Source: Eledone cirrhosa (taxonomy: Eukaryota). From it: a stretch of DNA of 64,000 nucleotides. Positions 1-23,689 of the stretch are shown here, piece by piece (the first letter of the stretch is position 1; every line of letters begins with the position of its first letter). The position numbers and the translations under genes were made by a program. The DNA lies in assembly GCA_964016885.1 (NCBI GenBank), contig OZ024741.1, forward strand, positions 134,726,001 through 134,790,000, written 5' to 3'. The notes beneath the pieces are model-generated. The model ran no database searches and had not been told where the DNA came from. It saw nothing but the letters and a program-made list of their open reading frames with translations.

Positions 1-4734
<4,734 letters not shown>

Positions 4735-4760
<26 letters not shown>

Positions 4761-5320
4761 GTTTTGAGTTTCATTCCCGGACCCGATGGCACACTGTGTC
4801 CTTGAGCAAGACACTTTTTTTCTCATTATTCCAGTTTATTCAGCTGCTAAAAATGAGTTGTACCTGTAACTCAAGGGTCAGTCATGTCAGTCAGTATCGT
4901 ACTGAATCTCCCTGAGAACTATGTTAAGGGAACATGTGTCTGTCAAATGCTAAGCCACTTAGACTCAAGTCGAACCACTCTCAGTAGAGTTTGAAGTCAG
5001 AAACATTGATGTAGCTGGCTAGGAACTGTGGTATAAACATAGGTGGCTGAGCATTTCACAGGCATGTGTGTCTTTAACATAACTCTCTGGGGGATTCAGC
5101 ATAACATACAGTGTGTGTGTCAAGGTTGGCCCTTTGAATTACAGCAACAGTTCATCAGATGGGTTTTCATTCACAAAACATGGATCAACCTGAGGCTATG
5201 GTAAATGACACTTGTCTAAAATGTCAAGCAGTGGAGTTGAACTCTGAACCTAATGATTATAAGTGAACTTCTTAACCATTTGTTATTGCTGCTGCATCCA
5301 CTGTTAGGAATTATAAACCG
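4735..5320 (+). mobile_element. degenerate SINE-like fragments upstream of promoters (also ~20020-20500, 30866-31470, 44730-45330, 57608-58190)
   Basis: Box B-like GAGTTTCATTCCC followed by GTGTCCTTGAGCAAGACACTT (CORE-like SINE body). Confidence 0.5.
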
Positions 5321-5460
5321 TGTGAAAAGAGCTCGCAACCAGAGGTCATGTAGGCTAATAAGAGAAAAGTAGGAAGAGAGGAGGAGAAAGAGGGGTGTAG
5401 AAAATAGAGTGAGAAGAGAAAAAGAGGGAGATGTTAAGAGACAAAGAAAGAGGATACCGC

Positions 5461-5500
5461 TATACAAGACCACGCAGTAATCGATACTCTTTATTCAGTC
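5461..5500 (+). promoter_or_regulatory. putative core promoter of G1 (TATA-like TATACAA plus Inr-like TTATTCAGTC)
   Basis: Homologous position to TATAAA(A) in paralogs at ~31647 and 45522; ~140 nt upstream of the ATG. Confidence 0.5.
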
Positions 5501-5599
5501 TGTCTATTCGGCTCAAGTTTCCTCCCGTATTTCCTAAAACCACAGAAGAAATTCACTTCTTTGTTTTGAACACTCAAAAATACTATCAAATCTTTAACA

Positions 5600-10065
<4,466 letters not shown>

Positions 10066-10372
10066 ATTTCCACAATTAATTAATTAAAATGTAACAAGGT
10101 TTTGAAATAAATTTTATCCCATTTGTAAAATAAGTTGGATTACTTTGAATAAATAATGAATGAATATTACATAATTTATCTACTCAATTTCGTAAACAAA
10201 AATAATTTCGTAAAAATAAATAATTTAAAATTGACTTTTCAAAGTTGCACTTCTGTTATATCATCGACACCACAGCCACTTCAACTACCATATATATAGA
10301 AAGAGAGAGTGTGTGTGATGTCAACACTTCCGGTGGCGATCACATAAATAAACATACTAATTTTCTCCTAAT

Positions 10373-12938
10373 GCATCATCATCATCGTTTAACGCCCGTG
10401 TTCCATGCTTGCATGGGTTTGGACGGGAGTTTTCCCAGTTGAGGCAAGAGTGATTGTCTTGCTCGCATAGGACTGTCTGGCGGGTTTTCTACAGTTGGAT
10501 GCCCTTCCTAACACCAACCACATTTACAGTGTGGGGCTGGGAGGTTTTTACCGTGTTGCCTACACGGCCACATTACAGCGTGGACTGTCTTGGCAGGTTT
10601 TCTACAGCTGGATGCCCTTCCTAACACCAACCACATTTACAGTGTGGGACTGGGACGTTTTTACCGTGTTGCCTACACGGTCACGTTATAGCGTGGACTG
10701 TGTTTTTTTTTCGTGACACCTACACGATCTCATTTGTTTCGGCCTGGATTTTGTGGCACCAACATAACTTTACATTGAAAGGGGCGGTGTGGATGGGGTG
10801 GGGGTGGTGGGACGGGGGGTGTATTTTGTTAGAGATGCCTACTGACTGTAGTAGGTTTTACTTTGTATTTAGGTAACGCAGGACTTCTCTATTACTGAGT
10901 ACCGCCAAAGGTCTCGGTCCAGTGACATTGTCTTGGAGAGGTGTAAGTGTGTGAGGTCGGAATTTATCAGCTCGTCCCAGGTTTTTCTGGGTCTGCCTAC
11001 TCCGTGGCTACCATCTATCTTTATTGCCCTGCACTTTGTTATACAGCTGTCGTCTATCATGCGCATCACGTGACCATACCAACGTAGCCTTCTCTCGAGT
11101 AAACATCTGATCCCTCTTATTTCTAATTTTTTCCTTAGTTCGTTTATGCTTTGCCGTTCGCGTATATTACTATTACACATCCAGCGGAGCATGCAAGCTT
11201 CGTTCCTCTCTAGTCTGCGTATATCCTCTGCACACAATGCCCAGGTCTCACTGCCATGCAACATTGCTGTTCGTATGCAGGCATCATACAACCTGCCTTT
11301 CACTTTTAGGGAGAACCCTTTAGCGGCTAATAGTGGTATAAGCTCTGAACTTTTTCCATCCAGTTCTGACTCTAGCTACTGTACTTTCGGAGCACCCTCC
11401 CCCACTGCTGATTTTGTCACCCAGGTAACGGAAGCTGTCCACTATTTCTATAGAACCCTCTGCACAGTTGAAAGAGCTAGTATTTTGTGGGCACTTGCTG
11501 CTACTTATTGCACCAGAGCACCGGCCACATGTAAAATCTGTGTTCTTAGTTAGCTTACCTGTGATCCCACTACATCTTTTATGCACCCATACTTTGCATT
11601 TGGGACATAAAATGGAGTTTCTACCTACGCCTTTCCTACACACTGAGCATGGCCATTTCCCGGAAGGGACCGGCGCCTTATTTTATTTCCTACAAACTAG
11701 AACTTTAGTCTTAGCCAGGTTAATTTTAAGGCCTTTTGATTCTAGGCCGTGCTTCCATGTTTGGAATTTCTTCTCTAGCTCGGCCATTGATTCAGCTATG
11801 AGCGTTAGGTCATCTGCGTATAGGAGTTCCCATGGGCAGCCGGTCTTGAACTCCTCTGTTATAGTCTGAAGAGCAATAATGAATAGTAGGGGGCTAAGAA
11901 CAGAGCCCTGATGGACACTAACTTTTACGCTAAACTCTTCACTATATTCGTTGTTAATTCTAACCTTGCTCACTGTTTCTTTATACATGGCTTGTATAGC
12001 TCTCACAAGCCATTCGTCAACACCTAGTTTTCTAAGAGCCCACCAGATAATGGAACGGGGGACTCTGTCGAAGGCTTTCTCCAAGTCGACAAAGGCTAAG
12101 TATAGGTGTTTACTTTTAGCTAGGTACTTCTCCTGTAGTTGTCGTACAATGAAAAGAGCGTCTGTGGTACTTTTGCCTCACACAAACCTGAACTGCATTT
12201 CATCTAGATCGATTCTCTCTCTGATTAGTTGCACTATTACTTTTTCCGTGACCTTCATGACCTGGTCGATTAATTTAATCCCTCTATAGTTACTCCTATC
12301 TAGGGCGTCTCCTTTACCCTTGTAACAGTTAATGATGCTGCTACGCCAGTCCTTCGGAACAACCCCATTCTGTATGACTTGGTTAACTATGCGGGTGACC
12401 ATGGTGTGTCCCACCGTTCCAGAGGCCTTCAGCATCTCAGCGACTATTTCCGAAGGCCCAGCCGCCTTACCCGTCTTCATATCTTTGATTGCCTTACTTA
12501 TTATACTACCTTCAACTAACACTGCTGGTCCCTCTATTGGATCGATCTGGGAGAGACTATCCTTCTCCCATTTATTCTCCTCATTTAGTAGCCTCTCGTA
12601 GTGACACTTCCAAGCGACCTTCTTATCAGCGTCAGTAATGGCGAGTACGCCATCATCATTTAGTACACACTTCTCCCCAACAATATCACGGTTTTCCTTG
12701 ACACATTGCCTAGCAATCCTGAACACCTCACGTTTTTGGTCCTCGCGTTGTAGAACATGCTTGAACTTTCTTTCCTCTGCTTCCCTTCTTGCAAAGTACA
12801 CTTGTCTCCTAGCTTCCCTCCTGGCCACTTGATAGTCTTCTCTACTTCTCCCATCCCGCCATATTTTCCAAGCCTGCTTTTTGGCCTTAATCGACTCCTC
12901 CACCTTACTGTTCCACCACCATGTTACTCTCCTCGCAG
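10373..12938 (-). mobile_element. 5'-truncated RTE-like LINE, second family, with PHD-like finger and (GAT)n tail
   Basis: YKGKGD...NYRGIKL, EKAFDRVP, HQGSVLSP, LYADDL, RLRWYGHV, GRPRKTW; ~117-bp tandem duplication in the 3' UTR (~10470-10700); ATC repeats at ~10375-10386. Confidence 0.9.
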
Positions 12939-13267
12939 TTTATAATGTATGATGGATTACGTTACTGATTAAATAAGACAGTGTAACGCAGTCTTCGTTC
13001 AATTTCTGTGTATATTGTCAATTACGATTTTATTTGATGCATCATATCTACATGTATATATACCTGCGTATAATATCAATATACACACTGCACATGCTAG
13101 CAGAAAACCACCCCAAACGTGGTTTTTCTGCTAGTACATGTAATGATCTGATGGTTACTTTTGTGTGGTGGTTGTAGATAGGGTTGCTATGGAGAATATG
13201 TGCTGGGGTCCCTTGCCTATTTTATTGATGTACTTTTCTACATTCCCTCATCTAGTCCTTAAGATAG

Positions 13268-13400
13268 GTGTGCGTGTAGGGGATGGGGTTCTTTCCTTAG
13301 ACCATAGATCGGGTCTAATTGCTTTCACCAAAGTGAACTACTTTAACAGCAATCCAGATGTTGGTGTTAAGCTGTCCAACAGATATACTCACCTACCCAC
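13268..13400. other. repeated ~140-nt multi-hairpin element in tubulin 3' flanks
   Basis: TTAGACC..GGTCTAA, TTCAC-CAAA-GTGAA and TGTTGG..CCAACA hairpins; more than 10 full or partial copies on both strands. Confidence 0.45.
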
Positions 13401-14440
13401 TACAATGATCTGTTCTGAACAAGACCCACATATATAAATGTCCGTTTCCTCTCTCGCTCCCTTTTTCCATTTTTTTCTTTTCTTTTTTTTCTTCTTGCAT
13501 TTTTTTTCAATGGCTTACTGAGAAAAAGGCAATATCCTTGGTGTGCGTGTAGGGGTGGTGCCTTCCTCAGACCATAGAATAGGCCTAAGTGCTTTCAACA
13601 AAGTGAACATTAACAGTAGTTAAGATGTTGGTGTTAAGCTGAAATAGCATAACTGTAAAGTGAAGCTCTTAACTAAACACCCATGTTCTCACCAACTAGC
13701 TTTTCATGTTTTCTTTTTTCTATTTATTTATTTTTTTAAATGAATGAAATATAGTTTTGAAATATGGCACGTGGCTAACAAAGATGATTAAATAATTCCT
13801 AATACTTGACTAACGTGTCCTCGTCATTAGGGTGCTGGAATTAAGATCATAATTTTGTGGGTTCGATTCTGGTGTTCTTGTGGAAAACATTTCATTTTAC
13901 TGGCCTTGTTAGGGTGATGGACCTAAGATCATAATGTAGATTCGATTCCTGAACTAGGTAGCGTGTTCTTGAGTAAAACACTTAATGTTACGTTATTCCA
14001 GTATATTCTCAGCTGAAAATGAGTGCCAGCTGTAGCTGAGTGTTTAACCTTGCGATCGACTGGTGTCCTGTCCAGAGGAAAGTAATATATTGTCACTTCA
14101 CGTGTGGCAAGAATAAAAACTATTATTAATGAGTGGAATAAAAGTTAATAGGGTACTTTTTGTAAATTATATTATAAAGCAGTTTCCTCCCTTAGTATGA
14201 CTTTTGATTGAAATAAACACGACAGAACAAGGGAAATAACTAAGTTGTTCCCTGATGTACTAAAAATAATTGTTTCTACTATTGGCACAATAGTAGAAAC
14301 AATTACTGGTACTTTATTTTATCGACCCCGTAAGGATTAAAGGCAAAGTTAACCTCGGCGGGATTTGAACTCAGAATGGCAAGGGCCGTAACTCTATGCG
14401 CCAAAGCATGGCGTCCGACCCTCTACCGATACTGCCAATT

Positions 14441-14810
14441 CAGTGGTGGTGGTGGTTGTGGTGGTGTTTTGTGATGGTAGTGTTAGGTAGTTGTGGTGAT
14501 GTTAGTGACAGTGTAGTAGTGGTTTTGTGGTAGAGCTAGTTGGGTTAAGCAGTATTAGTAATGGTGATATATAGTGTAGGAGAGTAGTGGTAGAGGTGAT
14601 AATGGTAGAAACAGTATTGGTGGTGGTATTGTTGTTGGTGATAGTGGGCACAGTAAAGCTATTCAGTCGAAGCGGGGTGTAATATGGAAAATATAAATCA
14701 CCACAACCACATCTATTACCACAACCTCAACCACCACTACAACAATAACATTAACCATCACCTCAACCCCAACTATAACCACAATTACATCAACAACAAC
14801 TACAACAAAC
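14441..14810. repeat. degenerate (GGT)-rich tract followed by a complementary (ACC/AAC)-rich tract
   Basis: Low-complexity centre of the tail-to-tail inversion downstream of G1. Confidence 0.75.
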
Positions 14811-15927
14811 ATTTGAATTCAGAACGGAATGGGCCATGACTATATGCCAACCACACCAATTGATAATTAGTTTAAATCTTAATTTACCAATATCACTTTT
14901 ATTCCAGTCGCTTCTAGAAAATTCAGCAAGAAAATACAAATTAAAATATTTCACTTCCCATTTTATGTTTCCTTGACGTTAAGTGACTGACAATATAAAA
15001 CTTTCCTCTGGACAGGACACCAGTCGATCGCAAGGTTAAACTCTCAGTTACAGCTGGCACTCATTTTCAGCTGAGAATATACTGGAACACAAAAATTGAA
15101 CCCACAACACTATGGTCTTAATTCCAACACCCTAACCACGAAGCCACGTTACTCAAGTACAGGGATTTACTCAATCTTAGCTAGCCATGTGCCATATTTA
15201 AAAACAATATTTCATTCATTTAAAGAAAGACATCTGTTGTTAGTTGGTGGAAATAAGGGTGTGTAGTTAAGATCTTTATTTACAGCTATGTTATTTCTGG
15301 TTGATTCCATTGCATAACACCTTAGGTATTTTACACTATAGCTCCAGATCAGGTGATTTCTCCACAACATTTGGTAGACAGCAACTGTGCAGAAGCCTGC
15401 TGCTGGGGCCATTCTTTTTCTTGGGTAAGTGAGTGTATATCTGATGGCCAGCCTCACACCAGCATCTGGATTTGGACCGCTGTTAAAGTTGTTCACTTTG
15501 TTGAAAGCACTTAGGCCCATTCTATGGTCTAAGGAAAGAAACTCCCTACCCGAGCACCTGTCTTAGGAACTTGAAAAGGGGCACGGACATTGCCTTATTC
15601 GGATGAAGCCCCTGAGGACAACTGCAATATGATTCCAAGAGATGAGTTAAAAAAAAGAGTGAAAGAGAAAGTGGACATTCGTATATGTGAGGCTTGATCA
15701 GAACAGATCATTGTAGTTGTGGCAGGAAAGATGAGGGAACGTACAAAAGTACATGACTAAAATAGGCCAGTGATACCCAGCACACGTTCTCCTTAGCATC
15801 CTTACATAGAACCACCACACCACCAAAGTAACCTTCAGACCATTACATATATTAGAAAAAATAACAGATAAAAAAAGAACAAAACATTTATTTCAAAACA
15901 TTGTTACATTTTAATTCATTCAGGAAA

Positions 15928-16440
15928 TTTAATATTCACCCTGGAACTTAGCTACGTCCCCACCTGGAACAAGAGTTGGGGGCTGGTAGTTGATACCAAC
16001 CTTGAAACTTGTTGGCCATCAGTCAACAAACTGAATTGTCCTCTTTGTCTTGATAGTCGAAATAGCTGCGTTGACATCTTTTGGTACTACATCAACACGG
16101 TACAACATACAGCAAGCCATGTATTTGCCATGACGTGGGTCACATTTTACCATCGGTTTGATGGTTCGAAACAAGCATTAGTGACCTCAGGAACGTGGTA
16201 AGCTTTTTCAGAAGAAATAATTGGAGAATATGTAGTCAATGGGAAGTGAATCCTAGGATAAAGTACCAAATTAGTCTGAAACTCAGTCAGATCCATTAAG
16301 AGCACCGTCAAATCTCAGAGAAGCAGTAATAGAACTGACTACCTGAGCAATTAAGCGGTTTAAGTTGGACGTTCAATATCCAGGTATCTTCTACAAATCA
16401 TAGATGGCTTCATTATCAACCATAAAAACACAATCAGCTG
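15928..16440 (-). pseudogene. TUBA: alpha-tubulin exon-3 fragment, psi-A type (internal deletion before the terminal GEY)
   Basis: Reverse strand gives [13 protein letters not shown]...PRIHFP...[16 protein letters not shown] with frameshifts, then a deletion to GAA TAT TAA. Confidence 0.88.
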
Positions 16441-16895
16441 TTGCTACTTGAAAAATAAAATGCAAGAAGAAAAAAAATAAAAGAAGAAAAGAAGGAAAAA
16501 GGGAGCGAAAGAGAAAACGGACATTCATGTATGTGGGTGGCCCTTGTTCAGAAAAGATCATTTTAGTGGGTAGGTGAGTATATCTGTTGGACAGCTTAGC
16601 ACCAACATCTGGATTGCTGTTAAAGTAGTTCACTTTGGTGAAAGCAATTAAACCCGATCTATGGTCTAAGGAAAGAAACCCACCCACGACACGCACACTT
16701 GTCTTAAGGACTAGATGAGGGAATGTAGAAAATTACATCAATAAAATAGGCAAAGGACCCCAGCACACATTCTCCATAGCAACCCTATCTACAACCACCA
16801 CACAAAAGTAGCCATCAGATCATTACATGTACTAGCAGAAAAACCACGTTTGAGGTGGTTTTCTGCTAGCATGTGCAGTATGTATATTGATATTA

Positions 16896-17922
<1,027 letters not shown>

Positions 17923-18666
17923 TGCCCTTCGAATTATACGTAAGTCAATATTAGGATTTTAAAAATCATCTTTGCTAGCCATGTGTTTCAAAACAATATT
18001 TCAATCATTTAAAAGAAGATATTTGTGTGTGGTTAAGAGCTCACTTTACAGCTAGGTTATTTCAGCTTAACACCAACATCTGGAGAGAAGGGCTGTTAAC
18101 GTTCACTTTGTTGAAAGCACTTAAGCCCGTTCTATGGTCTAAGGAAAGAGCCACCACTACACGCACACCTTTCTTTGTGATTTGAAAAGGGGCAGGCCAT
18201 TGAGAACAAATGCAATATCGTTCCAAGAAATGAGTAAAAGAAGAAGAAAAAGGAAAGGGGGAGCAAGAGAGAAAGAGGACGTTCCTATATGTGGGCCTTG
18301 TTCAGAACAGATCATTGTAGTGGGAAGGTGAGTATATCTGTTGGACAGCTTAGCACTAACATCTGGACTGCTGTTAAAGTAGTTCACTTTGGTGAAAGCA
18401 ATTAGACCAGATCTATGGTCTAAGGAAAGAACTCCACCCTCTACACACACACCTGTCTTAAGGACTAAATGAGGGAACGTAACAAATTACATAAATTAAA
18501 TAGGAAAGGGACCCCAGCACACATTATTCTCTGTAGCAACCCTACCTACAACCACCACACCAAAGTAATCATCAGACCGTTACATGTATTGGGAAATAAA
18601 AAAAAGAACAACTAAATATAGATTAACTTCAAATTTTATTTCAAAACCTTGTTAGATTCAGGAAAT

Positions 18667-19441
18667 TTAATATTCATCTCCTTCCACTTCAGCATCAAAA
18701 GTATCAATACCAACCTCTTCATAATCTTTCTCTAAAGCAGCTAAATCCTCACGAGCTTCAGCGAACTCACCTTCCTCCATACCTTCTCCCACATACCAGT
18801 GAACGAAAGCACGTTTGGCATACATCAAGTCAAATTTATGATCAAGACGGGCCCAAGCTCAACAATTGCTGTGGTGTTGCTCAACTTGCACACAGCACGT
18901 TGAACCTTAGCTAAGTCCCCACCTGGAATAACAGTTGGGGGTTTGTAGTTGATTCCAACTTTGAAACCAGTTGGACACCAGTCAACAAACTGAATTGTCC
19001 TCTTTGTCTTGATAGTCGAAATAGTTGCGTTGACATCTTTTGGTACGACATCACCACGATACAACATACAGCATGCCATGTATTTGCCATGACGTGGGTC
19101 ACATTTAACCATTTGGTTCACTGGTTCAAAACATGCGTTAGTGATTTGAGCAACAGTCAGTTGCTCATGGTAGGCTTTCGCAGCAGAAATAATTGGAGAA
19201 TATGTAGTCAATGGGAAGGGAATCCTAGGATAAGGTACCAAGTTGGTCTGGAACTCAGTCAGATCCACATTCAGAGCACCGTCAAACCTGAGAGAGGCAG
19301 TACCCATAACGTAATTCTCAGAGAGATTCAGCGTGGCAGCTTGTGACACGGCAAGTCTTTTGAATTACAGGCATAATCCATTACTAAGACAGTAACTTAA
19401 CATGGTTCTTATAAAAATTATGTTGAAAGATTTTAATTTAA
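18667..19441 (-). pseudogene. TUBA: alpha-tubulin psi-B: 3' part of exon 3 fused directly to intron 1
   Basis: [14 protein letters not shown]... to ...DAEVEGDEY with a frameshift near 18860; joins intron-1 sequence at ~19301. Confidence 0.9.
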
Positions 19442-19742
19442 ACCAGACTACCCGTGATCCAACGGGTCGCGTTCACTTCAAAATATGAAAAAAAAAATCA
19501 TGTTCAAAAATAATTTTTAAATAATTAAAATATTTACAGACATGTATATAATGTGAAATGAAACGGGAAGGCCCATATATATACATGTGTGTATGTATAT
19601 ATATATATAAATGTGTGTGTGTATGTGTATACATATATATATATATATGTATGTTACTGTCTATATATATATGTGGGTGTCTGAAATCTATATACACTGG
19701 CCAAGACACACACACACACACATATATATATATACACACACA

Positions 19743-19790
<48 letters not shown>

Positions 19791-20025
19791 ACAACACCAC
19801 CAGCTCCCTATCTCTTCCATTCTTATTCTGTCCCCTCTCTCTATGTCTATCTTTAAATCTACTCTCTCACAACCACTATTTCTTTCTCTCTATCCTCCTC
19901 TCTCTCTGTTTATGAAGGTACCCAGAAAAAACCCCATAACTCGGAAACCCGTCCTCCAATTTTATTCCATTTGTATTCGCATTTCACGGTCAACTTCCTT
20001 TTCAAATTATTTTCCATCAAGGGTC
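19442..20025 (-). mobile_element. Helitron-like non-autonomous insertion in psi-B intron 1 (longer copy at 43513-44407)
   Basis: Minus-strand 3' end has an ACCCG...CGGGT hairpin followed by CTGG; internal (TA)/(CA) tracts; same junction in both psi-B copies. Confidence 0.45.
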
Positions 20026-21020
20026 AGTCTTGTCACTTAGTGTCGCACTGAATCTCCCCGAGAACTATGTTAAGGGAACATGTGTCTGTCAAATGCTAAG
20101 CCACTTAGACTCAAGTCGAACCACTCTCAGTAGAGTTTGAAGTCAGAAACATTGATGTAGCTGGCTAGGAACTGTGGTATAAACATAGGTGGCTGAGCAT
20201 TCCACAGGCATGTGTACATACATTTCACAAGTATGTGTACATACTTCTCTGGGAGATTCAGTATAACATACAGTGTGTGTCAAGGCTGGCCCTTTGAATT
20301 ACAGCAACAGTTCACCTGATGGGTTTCCAGGCAGGTTCTATCTACCGAATTTCATTCACAAAACATGGATCAACCAGAGGCTATGGTAAATGACACTTGT
20401 CTAAAATGTCAGGCAGTGGAGTTGAACTCTGAACTTAATGATTATAAGTGAACTTCTTAACCATTTGTCATTGTTGCTGCATCCACTATTAGGAATTATA
20501 AACCGTGTGAAAAGAGCTCTCAACCAGAGGTCTAGTGAGGTTGTGAACCATAACTCCTAAAATCACGAAATGACCGACCGATCGGTCGTGTAGACCACAG
20601 GTTCTCAACCCATTTCAGCCATTTTCCCCCTCGGTATCACGAAACGCCCCCACCACCCTATTTTTCCACTTTTCAATATACTACTGATTTTGATAGCAGT
20701 AGATTACTGGGCCAAACCAAGTTTTGTTATTTTTGAAAAATAGACGTGAATGTTCTCAAAGACTTGATCTCAGTCGAAAAATATTTTTTTTTAAATTCTG
20801 TATTTCACTGTTAGCTGTTGTAATATTTTGAGTGGGTAGACAATTCTACAATTCAAACACTGTAAAGTGAAAATACAAAAGATGCAAAATAGGAAGAATT
20901 TCTTACCTTTCTCTGGAATCACAAAATAGTACCTTGCAAAATAAAGTGCCTCCATCATAAACTTAGTTGCAACGAATGAATTGAGATGCTTGGTGACAGT
21001 GAGCAAACAGTATCTGTATC

Positions 21021-21022
<2 letters not shown>

Positions 21023-21081
<59 letters not shown>

Positions 21082-21106
21082 GATATACACACACACACAC
21101 AGAAAC

Positions 21107-21159
<53 letters not shown>
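21023..21159. repeat. (TA)n and (GT)n microsatellites (others: 19585-19790, 24864-24900, (ATGT)n 26253-26328, (GT)n 43667-43733)
   Basis: Directly visible. Confidence 0.97.
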
Positions 21160-21160
<1 letters not shown>

Positions 21161-23295
21161 CTGCCTTGTTTTTGGTACAGAAAGAATTTTGTCTCCAGTT
21201 TTTATTGCCGTGTCAAAGGCCAGTGCTCTTTTCAACAACGTCAAATAACAACGCCGGGCGGTGGTTTGTATTGCGATGACGTTCTTTGGACTATGACGGA
21301 GTGCGGTCTCCACGCTTGCGACATGTTTAGAAAAGAACTCACTGCCTTCTTTAAAGGCTTCAACCTCTCCATACAAGTTGAGGCCAACCTTTCGGTCGTA
21401 AACTACCTCGACGTTACCCTCAATTTGTCGAATGGCTTGCACTACCAATATAGAAATCCGAATGATACGCTTAATTACATCAGTAAGCATTCTAACCATC
21501 CTGCCAGCATAACCAAGAACCTGGTAAGAAACGTTTCTCTGAGGCTTTCTATCTCCAAACGAGCATATTTTCACCGACCATTCCACATATTTCAATGAAG
21601 CTCTTACTCGGAGTGGATTTGTCGATAAGGTAGCATATACTAAGTACGAGCATAAACCTAGGAAAAATAGATCCCGACGCATTATATGGTATAACGCGCC
21701 ATATAATTGGAGGTGGCCACACTATTAGCTAAAATCTTTCTCTCCTTTATTAAGAAGCATTTCCCCTCAGTACATAAATATAATAACATTTTTAACAGAA
21801 ATACCGTTAAAATATCTTACTCCACGACTCCTAACTTTGCACATAACATCACTGCTTCAAATTTAGCTAAATTACCTAGTCGTAGTAACACGTGCAACCC
21901 TGTAGCTAGTACTAACTGTAATTATAGGAATCGGGTTGACTGCCCTCTATCCGGGAAATGCCTCTCCAACAACATTGTCTACAAATGTAAGGTCGAAACA
22001 CCCACAACCCGTAGGGCCTACATAGGGTTAGTTGCCAATAAATTCAAGCAGGGTCTTTACATGCACACCCTTTTTTTCTTAACCCTTTAAGAAGGAATAT
22101 GACGTCACTTTCAGTTTATATCTGGAGTCTAAAAGACAAAAACACCCAATATAGGTTACACTGGGAGATCCTAGCTAAAGCTAGATCGTATAACGGAAAT
22201 AAAAGACCATGCGATCTTTGCGCCGCTGAAGCCCTGGAAATACTCTACGCCAATGATCACATCTTAAACAAAAAATCTGAGGCAATTTCGGCCTGTAAAC
22301 ACAAATTGCATAACATTTTCCTGTATTACAGCCCCACATTATACCCTAACGAACAATACGCGATTAATTTACGTCTTGATGTGGTAGCTAAGTATATTTT
22401 ATGTTTATGCCATTACTTATTTGTTAGGTAAGTATACCTTACCCGTATGTTTTATGGTGGTACGTATACTTTCTCGTACGTATATATGCCTGTATTTGTT
22501 ATAGGTGTATATATTATATATACTGGTATGTGTGTATATGGTTATGTGTATATGTGTATTTCGTGTTTGTGCATGTATATTTGTATGCGTGTTTGCACGT
22601 ATGTAAGGTGTGTATATGTTTTTGGTATATGTACGCTTGGTGAACATATGTGCATCTACCTGTATGTATGTGTATGTGTGCGTTATATACGTATTTATGT
22701 GTGTATATTTATATACGCTTATTTTTATATGTGTATTTGGTCTATACGTTCGTATGTTTCCGGGTACGGGTGTCGCGCGGGTTTACACACGTGCGTGTGC
22801 GCGTGTTTATGTGTACGTGCATGCATATGCATGTATGGCCTGTATTTTCGCGTATGCACGTGTATGTATGTATACAGATGTGTGTATGTATATATTTAAT
22901 TATTATTACTTTTATGATTTTTAATAACATCTGTCATTTTCGTTCAACTAATTCATTTAGATTATTCTTATCTCCGAAGCCGTGAATCATTCGGTTTCCT
23001 AAATAGTTTATTAGTCTAATGACTCCATTTATACCATAAACTTGATTTTGTCTTTGCATATATTTGTTCTCATCGCACCACATAACGGCGTATTATCTTC
23101 ACTTTTTTCCGCGTTCATTGCCAGGGAACGTCTTCACGAACCAAAGTATCGTCTTCCTGTTTTCCTTCGGTTGCAAGGTTTTTCGAAATATTTACTTCTG
23201 CGTTCACAGATATATTTTTTAGTTTCAGAAGATCCCGTTAAGGATGAAAGAAGCGATTCTTTGCTTAAACTTTAATCTGTTATTTTAATAAATAT
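21160..23295 (+). mobile_element. Penelope-like retroelement remnant (RT C-terminus plus GIY-YIG endonuclease)
   Basis: VNYLDVTLNL...YISKHSNHP; FNRNTVKISYS; CPLSGKCL..NIVYKC...YIG; CDLC..E; frameshifted. Confidence 0.85.
23221..23271 (+). ncRNA. hammerhead-ribozyme-like motif (type I topology, variant core) at the Penelope 3' end
   Basis: AGTTT CAGAAGA TCC-CGTTAA-GGA T GAAA ... CTT AAACT: stem I AGTTT/AAACT; core CAGAAGA instead of CTGANGA. Confidence 0.5.
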
Positions 23296-23689
23296 ATATA
23301 TACTAGCTGCCCGTCCGGCTGGCGCCCTGCTACCATTGGCGTATTCTACGACATCCATATATATATATATATAGCTGACGTACCTAGCTTCGCTTGGATA
23401 AACAGACGATAAGCCGTCTGTTGAAAATATATAGTATAGTATTACTGTTGGATATATATAGTATATTATTACTGTTGAAAATATATAGTACAGTATTACT
23501 GTTGAAAATATATAGTACAGTACAGTATTACTGTCGAAAATATATAGTATAGTATTACTGTTGAAAATATATAGTATAGTACAGTATTACTGTTGAAAAT
23601 ATATAGTATAGTATTACTGTTGAAAATATATAGCACAGTATTGCTGTTGAAAATATATAGTATAGTATTACTGTTTAAAATATATAGTA

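Noticed and set aside
18825-19349. psi-B ORF as a processed retrogene or a novel chimeric protein
   Set aside because: The N-terminus is intron-1 sequence joined by a genomic deletion; there is no ATG or promoter, and frameshifts follow.
19473-22985. ORFs rich in YI/CV/HT (also 26159-26611, 43576-44201)
   Set aside because: Translations of (TA)n, (GT)n and (ATGT)n low-complexity DNA.
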